Shown here: positions 1 through 8,050 of the stretch, piece after piece
Numbering within the stretch: position 1 is the stretch's first letter
How the letters are laid out: the number at the start of each line of letters is the position of its first letter
Origin: Minisyncoccota bacterium
GTDB taxonomy: Bacteria > Patescibacteriota > Minisyncoccia > Phycocordibacterales > Phycocordibacteraceae
DNA length: 64,000 nt
NCBI GenBank assembly: GCA_036399335.1
Contig: DASWNF010000010.1
Location: 4,066 to 68,065, forward strand
Reading direction: 5' to 3'
Position numbers and translations under genes: made by a program
The notes under the pieces: model-generated
Told to the model about the DNA's origin: nothing
The model's input: only the letters and a program-made list of their open reading frames with translations
The model's database searches: none

Positions 1-325
1 GCCGCTCAGGAAACGAGAAGGCTTGCCGGTAGCTCAGCCAGGCAAGGTGAGTCGCAATGGTGTCCATGTCGTCGGCCGTGCCCTGCTTGTCCGAAACGTT
101 GCCCGTAATGAGCAGCAGCCCCTTTGCCCGTTCTTGTAGGTCGGGGCAGAGCCGTTCAAGGGACGTCGCACCGACACGCTTGTTCCGGAAGCTGTAGAGC
201 ACGCTCGCGTACGGGATAAGCTGCCTGTCCGGGTCGTGCTCGTATGTTGCACGCGCCTCGTCGACCGTTGTTTGGTCGCCGCCCCATACACGCTCGCCGA
301 AGCTGCGTTTTCTTGAAAGAGTCAT
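1..325 (-). CDS. Hypothetical protein, runs off window start (MTLSRKRSFGERVWGGD...)
   Basis: Manual translation: open from ATG at 325 to base 1; GGAGA SD-like upstream and TATAGT -10-like at 361-366 (minus). Absent from ORF track because it has no stop in the window. Confidence 0.55.
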   Translation of the reverse strand, partial: MTLSRKRSFGERVWGGDQTTVDEARATYEHDPDRQLIPYASVLYSFRNKRVGATSLERLCPDLQERAKGLLLITGNVSDKQGTADDMDTIATHLAWLSYRQAFSFPER

Positions 326-386
326 CGAAAGTCTCCCTGACCGGGAATTGGTCCGGGTGGACTATACGGTAAAGACCCGGCTTAGT

Positions 387-3300
387 CTACAGCGCCTTCA
401 AATTATCAATGGCAAGCGTCGTCTCGCCGTTCCTGATGGATACGGATCCCTTCACGAGTACGCAGGTGCCGGGCTGCACGGCGGGCATCTGCTCCTTATA
501 GAGTTTGGGGAAGATGACCGCTTCGATTGAGCCGGTCTTATCCTCAAAGCGCACGAAGGCCATCTTCTCACCCTTCTTCGTGAGGTACGTCTTCACTTCG
601 GCAACGAGAACGGGGAGGATGATTGGGAAGCCGGCCTGCGGATCCTCAAGTACCTTGCTGATGGAGGTCGTCGCCTTCGCGCAGGTCTCGCCGTGCGCAT
701 CGAGCGGGTGCCCGGAGACGTAGATACCTAGGAGTTCCTTTTCCCAGTCGAGCTTAAGGGCTGCGGGCGTTTCTTGGCCGTTTGGGGCAGGGAGATGAAG
801 CGTCGGCGCCATCGCCATCGCGCCGAACAGCGAGTCTTGCGCCGCCTCTTGGGTTGCGTCCCTATGGAAGGCAAGGAGTCCCTCGATGTGGTCGAGCAGG
901 TAGGTGCGATCGCCGAAACGGTCGAGCGCACCGCACTTGATGAGCGACTCGAGGGATTTGCGGTTGAGACTCTTTGCGGCAACGCGCGCGAGGAAATCCG
1001 AAAGCGTCGCGTACTGACCGTGTGCCATGCGCTCGTCGAGAATGGCGTGTGCAATGCCTTCGCCGAAGTTCTTGATGCTCGAAAGACCGAAGCGGATGGC
1101 GCCTGCGGCGTTGCCGTCGCCCGGGACCACGGTGAAGTCCGTACCGCTCTCGTTCACGTCGGGCGGGAGTACGGGAATGTGCAGGCGTTCGCACTCGGCG
1201 ACGAAGGTGGAAATGGCATCGGTATCGCCCGAGTCGGCCGTGAGTACGGACGCCATGTACTCGACGGGGTAGTTCGCCTTCATATAGGACGTCTGGTACG
1301 CGACCTTGCCGTAGCAGGCGGCGTGCGCCTTGCCGAAGCCGTAGGCCGCAAACGGCTCGATGAGTTTCCAAATGCGCTCGCCTTTGGCGGGTGAGAGGTG
1401 GCCGTACTCTTCGAAGCCTTTCAGCAGCTTCTCCTTCTGGGCGGCCATCTCGGCCGGGATCTTCTTACCCATGGCCTTGCGCAAGGTATCGGCTTCGAGC
1501 CACGAGTAGCCGCCAAGCTTGATGGCGGTGAGGAGGACGTCTTCCTGATAGACCAGGAGGCCGAACGAGGTGTCGAGGTACTCCTCCATGCGGGGGTCGA
1601 GGTACGTAACGAGTGCAGGGTTGTACTTGCGCTCGATGTACGCGGGAATCGTTTCCATCGGGCCCGGGCGGTAGAGGGCAACCATGGCGTTAATGTCATG
1701 GATGGTCGTCGGCTTGAGTTCCTTCAAGTAGCGAGTCATTCCGGCACCGTTCAGCTGGAAGGTACCCTCGGTCTCGCCGCGCGCGAGCATGGCGAACGTC
1801 TTCTCGTCGTCGAGCGGGATGTTCTCGATATCGATGGCGCGCCCCTGGGTCTCCTTCACGCGGGCAACGGCATTCGCGAGTATGGAAAGGTTCTTGATGC
1901 CGAGGAAGTCGAACTTAAGGAGGCCGGCATCCTCGATGGCGTGCATGTCGTACTGGGTAATGATTTTCCCGGTCTTCTGGTCAACCTGCACGGCCGTCCA
2001 CTCCGTGATGGGGGTCGGTGCAATGACGATGCCGGCGGCGTGCACACCCGTGTGCCGGGCTGAGCCTTCGATGCGGCGCGCGAGGTCGAGGATCTCGCGC
2101 GCGTCCTCGTCCTCGTCATAGAGCGACTGGAGGTCGGGCTCGAGCTCGAGCGCGCGGTCGATGGTCATGGGGAAGCCCTGGGAACCGATGGGGATGAGCT
2201 TTGCGATGCGGTCGCCCGTACCGTATGCGTGGCCGAGGGCACGCGAGATATCGCGCACGGCAGCGCGCGCCATCATCGTCCCGAACGTGCCTATCTGTGC
2301 CACCTTATCCTCACCGTACTTCTGCTTCGCGTACTGGATCATCTCGTCGCGGCGGCTGTCGGCGAAGTCCATGTCGATATCCGGCGCCTTCGGGCGCTCG
2401 GGGTTGAGGAAGCGCTCGAAGGGAAGCTTGTATTCGAGCGGGTCGACATTCGTAATGCCGACGAGATAGGAGACGAGGGAACCGGCCGCCGAACCGCGGG
2501 TCGTCGTGAGGATACCGACTTCCTTTGCGTGGTTCAGGAGGTCCGACACTACGAGGAAGTACGGTGCGAAGCCCTTCCCGATGATGACCTCGAGTTCATA
2601 CTCGATGCGCGTCTCGACTTCGGGCGTGCGCTCGAGGCCGCGCCGTTCAATGCCCGCATACGTGATCTCGCGCAAGAGCCGTTCATGGGTCGTGCCTTCG
2701 GGGATAGGGAACTCGGGGAAGACCCAGCTGCCGAGCTCGAAGGTGACGTTACACCGCTCGGCAATGCGGCCGCTTTCCGTCACGGCTTCGGGTACGTGGC
2801 TGAACCACGCTTCCATTTGCTTCTCGTCCACGAAGGAGAAGTCTTCTTCCTCGTTCCATCCTTTCGATCCCTGCTGGATGCGGCGCATGGCCTCGCGCGC
2901 CTCGCGGTCGTCGGGCTTCAGGTAATAGACATCGTGCTGCGCGAGGAGCGGCACCCCGGACTCTTTCCCGAGGGCGATGATTTCTTTCATGCGATCCTCG
3001 TGGCCGGCGACCTTCGGGTGGTGCGAGATCTCGAGGAAGAGGGAGCCGTCCGGCATGATGCTCTGGTATTCGGCGAGCGCCGCAGCGGCGCCGTCGCGGT
3101 CGCCGGCGCCCAGAAGCCGCGCGACGTCGCCTGCAAACGACGGGATGATGGCGATGACGCCTTCCGAGAGTTCGCGCAGGATATCGCGGTCGATGCGCGG
3201 CTTCTCGAAGAAGCCTTCGACGTGCCCGGCTGAAACGAGCTTGAGGAGGTTTTGGTATCCCCGGTTATTTTCTGCGAGGAGGACGATGCGCGTGCGCTTC

Positions 3301-3551
3301 GCGTCCTGGACTGGGTCCTTATCAAAGCGCGTGCGCGGCGCCATGTATAAGTCCGTGCCGATGATGGCCTTCACGTCCTTCTTCGCTGCCGCCTTATAAA
3401 ACTCGATCGCGCCGTGGAGGTTTCCTGTGTCGGTGAGCGCAATCGCCGGCATGCCGGCCGCGGCTGCGGCGGCAACGAGCTCCGGGACCTTCGGTAAGGC
3501 CTCAAGGAAACTGTAGTGGCTGTGGGTATGGAGGTGGACGAATTTGCTCAT
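387..3551 (-). CDS. dnaE: DNA polymerase III alpha subunit
   Basis: PHP motif FVHLHTHSHYS, RGSAAGS, catalytic PDIDMD, KFDFLG, C-terminal OB fold; start set at MSKFVHLH. Confidence 0.97.
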   Translation of the reverse strand: MSKFVHLHTHSHYSFLEALPKVPELVAAAAAAGMPAIALTDTGNLHGAIEFYKAAAKKDVKAIIGTDLYMAPRTRFDKDPVQDAKRTRIVLLAENNRGYQNLLKLVSAGHVEGFFEKPRIDRDILRELSEGVIAIIPSFAGDVARLLGAGDRDGAAAALAEYQSIMPDGSLFLEISHHPKVAGHEDRMKEIIALGKESGVPLLAQHDVYYLKPDDREAREAMRRIQQGSKGWNEEEDFSFVDEKQMEAWFSHVPEAVTESGRIAERCNVTFELGSWVFPEFPIPEGTTHERLLREITYAGIERRGLERTPEVETRIEYELEVIIGKGFAPYFLVVSDLLNHAKEVGILTTTRGSAAGSLVSYLVGITNVDPLEYKLPFERFLNPERPKAPDIDMDFADSRRDEMIQYAKQKYGEDKVAQIGTFGTMMARAAVRDISRALGHAYGTGDRIAKLIPIGSQGFPMTIDRALELEPDLQSLYDEDEDAREILDLARRIEGSARHTGVHAAGIVIAPTPITEWTAVQVDQKTGKIITQYDMHAIEDAGLLKFDFLGIKNLSILANAVARVKETQGRAIDIENIPLDDEKTFAMLARGETEGTFQLNGAGMTRYLKELKPTTIHDINAMVALYRPGPMETIPAYIERKYNPALVTYLDPRMEEYLDTSFGLLVYQEDVLLTAIKLGGYSWLEADTLRKAMGKKIPAEMAAQKEKLLKGFEEYGHLSPAKGERIWKLIEPFAAYGFGKAHAACYGKVAYQTSYMKANYPVEYMASVLTADSGDTDAISTFVAECERLHIPVLPPDVNESGTDFTVVPGDGNAAGAIRFGLSSIKNFGEGIAHAILDERMAHGQYATLSDFLARVAAKSLNRKSLESLIKCGALDRFGDRTYLLDHIEGLLAFHRDATQEAAQDSLFGAMAMAPTLHLPAPNGQETPAALKLDWEKELLGIYVSGHPLDAHGETCAKATTSISKVLEDPQAGFPIILPVLVAEVKTYLTKKGEKMAFVRFEDKTGSIEAVIFPKLYKEQMPAVQPGTCVLVKGSVSIRNGETTLAIDNLKAL

Positions 3552-3606
3552 GTCGTACGTACAGAATACCAGAGCGAGCGCTTGGGGATTGCGGTATAGT
3601 TTTGGT

Positions 3607-4215
3607 ATGGCATTTGTACTTGGCGTCGACGAAGCAGGACGCGGCCCGTTAGCCGGTCCGGTGGCCGTCGGCTGCGTCCGTGCTCCCGATGACTTCGACC
3701 TCATTGCAGCCTTTCCGGGGCTGAACGACTCAAAAAAGCTCACGGAAAAGGCACGCGAGACGTTATTTGGACTCCTCCTCGAACGAGCAGCCGCAGGCGA
3801 CGTGGCCTACCACGTTGAGCTCATCAGCCACCGCATTATCGATACGAAGGGTATTACGCATGCCGTACGGCGCGGCATCGGCAGGGGAGTGAAAAGCCTC
3901 ATGCCCGACCCGTCGCTCGGCAAGGTCTGGCTCGACGGGCTTCTTAAGGCGCCACGGCCATACGCGCAGGAGACGGTCATACATGGGGACGGCCTTATCC
4001 CGGCAATCATGCTTGCCTCGGTCGCGGCAAAAGTGACGCGCGACCGTTACATGACACGGCTTGCGAAGCGCTTCCCGGCCTATGGCTTCGAGCGACACAA
4101 GGGCTATGGGACCGATGCGCACTACCGCGCGCTCCGCGAATTAGGACCGTGCAGCTACCATCGCACGTCGTACGTGCATCTCGCTGAGCTTGACCTGGTG
4201 CCGGTAGAGGAGTAA
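3607..4215 (+). CDS. rnhB: Ribonuclease HII
   Basis: GVDEAGRGPLAGPV, DSKKL, AKVTRD, HKGYGT motifs. Confidence 0.96.
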   Translation: MAFVLGVDEAGRGPLAGPVAVGCVRAPDDFDLIAAFPGLNDSKKLTEKARETLFGLLLERAAAGDVAYHVELISHRIIDTKGITHAVRRGIGRGVKSLMPDPSLGKVWLDGLLKAPRPYAQETVIHGDGLIPAIMLASVAAKVTRDRYMTRLAKRFPAYGFERHKGYGTDAHYRALRELGPCSYHRTSYVHLAELDLVPVEE

Positions 4216-4257
4216 ACAATGAGCTGATTCTGGACTTTCGTTCACGGAGAGAAGCGT

Positions 4258-4536
4258 ATGAGCGTCGAGGAGATTAAACCGGGATTCCAACCCCCGGCAT
4301 GTACTGGGGATTTCAAGCACGAAACTGCTGTCCGCAAAGGAGAGCGCCTTAAAAAAGCGGGTTTCGGCGACTGCGTTGACCCCAAAGAGGGTACGGCATG
4401 TCCTTGCGCGGGCGGCGCAGACCCGCAGAGAATGCCGAAAGTCAAAGGGGAGCTCGCCCTCAACTGCAGCAGACTAAGAAAGGCAGTTACGCCCATCCAG
4501 GCGGCTGCATGTCGTGCACGCATGCGCTCTACCTAA
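4258..4536 (+). CDS. Small Cys-rich hypothetical protein
   Basis: 92 aa, GGAGAG SD upstream, 6 Cys including CPC, hairpin after stop. Confidence 0.5.
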   Translation: MSVEEIKPGFQPPACTGDFKHETAVRKGERLKKAGFGDCVDPKEGTACPCAGGADPQRMPKVKGELALNCSRLRKAVTPIQAAACRARMRST

Positions 4537-4746
4537 TCTCCGATCACCGCCAAAGCTTAGGCTGAGGCGGTGTTTCGATTTATATATAAAGCCGGCGGAG
4601 CTTTCGCGTCCGCCGGCCATATGACCCGTGAGGGTGGGGGACTAGGGTCCCCGGGTTTTTCGGTAGCGCCGTAGCGTCTAGCCGGTTTCTAATAACCGAA
4701 GCACCCACTCTCGCCTTTTATAAGGCCCTGTGGTAGGGTATTTCCC

Positions 4747-5112
4747 ATGTCAGTACGAATGCGCCACACCAGTTCCCATACCAAGAACCGCCGGAGCCAC
4801 CACGCGCTCAAGGACGCTTCTATCGTGACGGATAAGGATTCCGGCGCGCTCCGTCTCCCGCACCGCCTCGACGAGACGACGGGCATGTACCGGGGCAAGC
4901 AGGTCATCCCGACCGAAACCTTGAAGCGCCGCGAAGCGCGCAAGGAGCGCCTCGATAAGCGCGCGCAGGAGGATGTCCATACGGACTTCCGTAACGAGCC
5001 CGCACAGGCCGAGGTCCACAACGAGAAGGAAGAGAAGAAGTCGGGTGTCCTCGGACGCTTCACGAAGGGCGGAAAGGCCAAGGCCCGTTCGGGCTTCGGC
5101 GGCGGGGCGTAA
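4747..5112 (+). CDS. rpmF: 50S ribosomal protein L32 with C-terminal extension
   Basis: MRHTSSHTKNRRSHHAL, LPHRL...GMYRGKQV; Cys-free type; position upstream of nusB/rnc. Confidence 0.9.
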   Translation: MSVRMRHTSSHTKNRRSHHALKDASIVTDKDSGALRLPHRLDETTGMYRGKQVIPTETLKRREARKERLDKRAQEDVHTDFRNEPAQAEVHNEKEEKKSGVLGRFTKGGKAKARSGFGGGA

Positions 5113-5127
5113 CTCCACAACGCCACG

Positions 5128-5161
5128 CACAAAAGGGCGGCCTCATGGCCGCCCTTTTGTG
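5128..5161. terminator. Intrinsic terminator after rpmF
   Basis: cacaaaagggcggcc-tcat-ggccgcccttttgtg. Confidence 0.8.
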
Positions 5162-5227
5162 TTGTACACACCCGGCGCCAGTTGCGCATTTGCGGGCGGT
5201 TGCTACTCTATCGGAACAGCTCTTTCC

Positions 5228-6136
5228 ATGGCAAACCGCCACCTCGCCCGTTCCGTCGTACTACAGACACTCTTCGAGTGGGATACTACGCATGCCTCCG
5301 ATGCTGCAGTCACGGAGATCCTCACCCGCAACGTCGATGAGTTCGGCGGGGAGGATGCGGACCGGCCGTTCATGGAAACCCTCCTTACCGGCGTTATCGC
5401 CAAGCGCCCTGACCTCGACCTCGTCATCACGAAGGCCGCACCCGATTGGCCGCTCGAGCGCATTGCGCCCGTCGACCGCAATATCCTCCGCATAGGGCTT
5501 TTCGAGCTTTTGTTCGCCGACCGCACGCAAGTCCCGGCGAAAGTCGCCATTAACGAGGCCATCGAACTCGCCAAGATATTCGGCGGCGATTCGTCCGGAC
5601 GTTTCGTGAACGGCGTCCTCGGCGCCGTGTACAAGGAAATGGGTGAACCCGGCAAGGACGAGAAGGGGAAGAAGGACCGCGTGCGCCGCGAAGACCTGCC
5701 GCTCGAGAAGCTCGGCGGCGCTATCGCCTACGCCGAGCACGAAGGCCAGTACTACCTCGCCCTCGTCCATGACGTCTTCGGGCGCTGGACGCTTTCGAAG
5801 GGGCACATCGAGCAGGACCCGAGCCCGGAGGAGGGGGTCGCCCGCGTCGTAAAGGAAGAGCTCGGCCTTATCGCTACCGTCGAGGAGATGGTGGGCGAGA
5901 ACGAGTACGTCGCCTCGCACCCCGAGAAGGGCAAGGTCAGGAAGCACGTCTGGTTCTTTCTCGTGCGCGCCGACTTCGAAACCCTCGTACTCAAGAAAAG
6001 CGGCGGCCTCGATGACGCGAAGTGGTTCCGCCTCCCGGATATCCTCGACCTCAATTTCTATGACGACATGCTCCCTATAGTCACGGCCGCAGTCCAGAAG
6101 CTTCTCGACAAGGCGCGCGCGAAGTCGAAGGCGTAG
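5228..6136 (+). CDS. nusB: Transcription antitermination factor NusB fused to a C-terminal NUDIX-like domain
   Basis: RHLARSVVLQTLFEWD, DWPLERIAPVDRNILR, VAINEAIELAK, FVNGVLG; then WTLSKGHIE...KEELGL Nudix-like box. Confidence 0.92.
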   Translation: MANRHLARSVVLQTLFEWDTTHASDAAVTEILTRNVDEFGGEDADRPFMETLLTGVIAKRPDLDLVITKAAPDWPLERIAPVDRNILRIGLFELLFADRTQVPAKVAINEAIELAKIFGGDSSGRFVNGVLGAVYKEMGEPGKDEKGKKDRVRREDLPLEKLGGAIAYAEHEGQYYLALVHDVFGRWTLSKGHIEQDPSPEEGVARVVKEELGLIATVEEMVGENEYVASHPEKGKVRKHVWFFLVRADFETLVLKKSGGLDDAKWFRLPDILDLNFYDDMLPIVTAAVQKLLDKARAKSKA

Positions 6137-6146
6137 GTTGTTTCGT

Positions 6147-6250
6147 AGGTGGTCGCAACAACGGCATGTAGCGCCTCTCGGCAGCGCTCCGGGCCGCTAG
6201 GCCAAGTCTAACTGCCTCGAAACGCTACATGCCATCGTTGCTTCACACCT
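6147..6250 (+). promoter_or_regulatory. Long imperfect hairpin upstream of rnc (candidate RNase III operator)
   Basis: aggtg/cacct, gcaac/gttgc, ggcatgtagcg/cgctacatgcc and ggcag/ctgcc nested pairings. Confidence 0.5.
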
Positions 6251-6284
6251 TGCTCTATCTGGTACCTAAAGGTATATACGGACT

Positions 6285-6962
6285 ATGACCATCGCCGAAC
6301 GGGCCGCCGCCCTCAATCTTTCTTTCAATAACCTGGAGCTTCTCGAAGAGGCGCTGACGCACCGTTCCTTCCTGAACGAGAACAAGGACGCCAGAGCGCA
6401 TAACGAACGGCTCGAATTCCTCGGGGATGCCGTGCTGGAGCTCGCCGTCACCCGGTTCCTCTTCGATAAGTTCCCGAACAAGCCCGAAGGCGACCTCACG
6501 GCCTTCCGCGCCGCGCTTGTGAATACCGTTTCGCTCGCCGAAAGTGCCGAGCTCATCGGGCTTAACGACCTACTCTTCCTTTCGCGCGGGGAAGCAAAGG
6601 ACACGGGACGCGCACGCCAAATAATCCTCGCAAATGCCTTTGAGGCCCTCATCGGCGCCGTATACCTTGACCAGGGGTATGACGCAGCCGAAGCCTTCAT
6701 CGGTAAGCACCTCTACGCGAAAATTGACGGCGTTATCCGTGAGCGCTCATGGCAGGACGCGAAGAGCCGCTTCCAGGAACTGGCCCAAGAGCGCCGGAGC
6801 GTCACGCCTCTCTACCGCACGCTTAAGGAAGAAGGCCCCGACCACGACAAGCGCTTCACCGTCGGCGTGTTCCTCATCGAGGAGGAAATCGCGCGCGGCG
6901 AGGGCCAGTCAAAGCAGGAGGCCGAGCAGGCTGCAGCGCGCGCTGCGCTCGAGATATTTTAG
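6285..6962 (+). CDS. rnc: Ribonuclease III
   Basis: ALTHRS, NERLEFLGDAVL signature, C-terminal dsRBD. Confidence 0.97.
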   Translation: MTIAERAAALNLSFNNLELLEEALTHRSFLNENKDARAHNERLEFLGDAVLELAVTRFLFDKFPNKPEGDLTAFRAALVNTVSLAESAELIGLNDLLFLSRGEAKDTGRARQIILANAFEALIGAVYLDQGYDAAEAFIGKHLYAKIDGVIRERSWQDAKSRFQELAQERRSVTPLYRTLKEEGPDHDKRFTVGVFLIEEEIARGEGQSKQEAEQAAARAALEIF

Positions 6963-7056
6963 TACGCCCGAGCAATCGACAAATCATGGACACCCGTTGA
7001 CTTACCGATGCGTAAGCGCATAATCTTTTCAGAAACCGACAGAGGGGATTAAGACC

Positions 7057-7302
7057 ATGCGCAAGATAGAAGATTGGCTCGACGGACAATCAGAGCGCCT
7101 TCCGAATCGCAGCGCGCTCGTCGTGGCGGGAATTGTCGTACTGCTGCTCGTCAGCATCACGGCACTCTTCGATGAGCCGGGACCCTCAAAGGTGGCCCTG
7201 CATGCTTCCGAAAGGACAGCAGCCTCCGCAGCGGGCGATGTGGACGCTGCGTCCATGTCCGTCGCCGCTCCTTCCTACAACAACGAATTCACCACCCCGT
7301 GA
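7057..7302 (+). CDS. Small single-pass membrane protein
   Basis: Hydrophobic ALVVAGIVVLLLVSITALF; TTGACT -35 at 6997, GAGGGG SD, hairpin and T-run after stop. Confidence 0.65.
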   Translation: MRKIEDWLDGQSERLPNRSALVVAGIVVLLLVSITALFDEPGPSKVALHASERTAASAAGDVDAASMSVAAPSYNNEFTTP

Positions 7303-7436
7303 CGTGGGGCGGGAGAAGGGCCTCGGCACATGCCGCGGCCCTTCATTTTTACACCCTAATTTGTTTGCCTTGACTGCCGCGCTGCCGTACCGCATCCTGC
7401 GGACGGATAGATACCAGCTACGTACGGGAGGAATGC

Positions 7437-7934
7437 ATGAGCCAAGGAAGGTATGAATCGAGAAGCCGTAACTACGTTTCCACTTCGGAACGCGGATTCC
7501 GCGGGTTCCGTTACGCCTACGCCTCAGTCGTGACGGGCCGGCGGCAGGTACGCCTGGCCGTTCTCGTCGAGGCGTACGTCGAAGACGGCGTCATCCTTGG
7601 GGGAGTTGCACGGCCGCTCACGGAGAGCGACGTGCTCGTGCTCCCGCCCGTGTACCACGGGCACCTCAGGGGTAAGGCTTACTTCACGACGCTCACGAAG
7701 GCCGTGGAGGAGGGTATCAGCACCGCCCACGGCATGTTCACCTGCCTGGACGCAATCGTCGAAGGGCCGGGCATCTATGAACTTTCGGAGCGGAAGGACG
7801 TGCCTCACGACCTGCTCGCCGCCTATGGGCTTACGTCCCGCCTCACGGTCGACGCAGTCCTGGAGCAGCTGCCTAAGCTTCTTGCCCAGATGGGGACGGA
7901 ACACTTCCGGAGCATCGAGCTGGTCGCCGCATAA
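7437..7934 (+). CDS. Hypothetical protein
   Basis: 165 aa, GGAGG SD, followed by aaagccgcgg...ccgcggcttttt terminator. Confidence 0.7.
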   Translation: MSQGRYESRSRNYVSTSERGFRGFRYAYASVVTGRRQVRLAVLVEAYVEDGVILGGVARPLTESDVLVLPPVYHGHLRGKAYFTTLTKAVEEGISTAHGMFTCLDAIVEGPGIYELSERKDVPHDLLAAYGLTSRLTVDAVLEQLPKLLAQMGTEHFRSIELVAA

Positions 7935-8050
7935 TCTCGCACATAAGAGTAACTGAAAGCCGCGGCACCACCCGCGGCTTTTTCTTTACCCGCGCGTCTT
8001 TTGTACATATGGGGGTCAGAAGCGGATGAGCGCAGGGTATACTGGAGCCA

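Noticed and set aside
3544-3743. Apparent overlap of dnaE and rnhB from the ORF-track starts
   Set aside because: Homology-consistent starts (3551 and 3607) give an ordinary divergent 55-nt spacer
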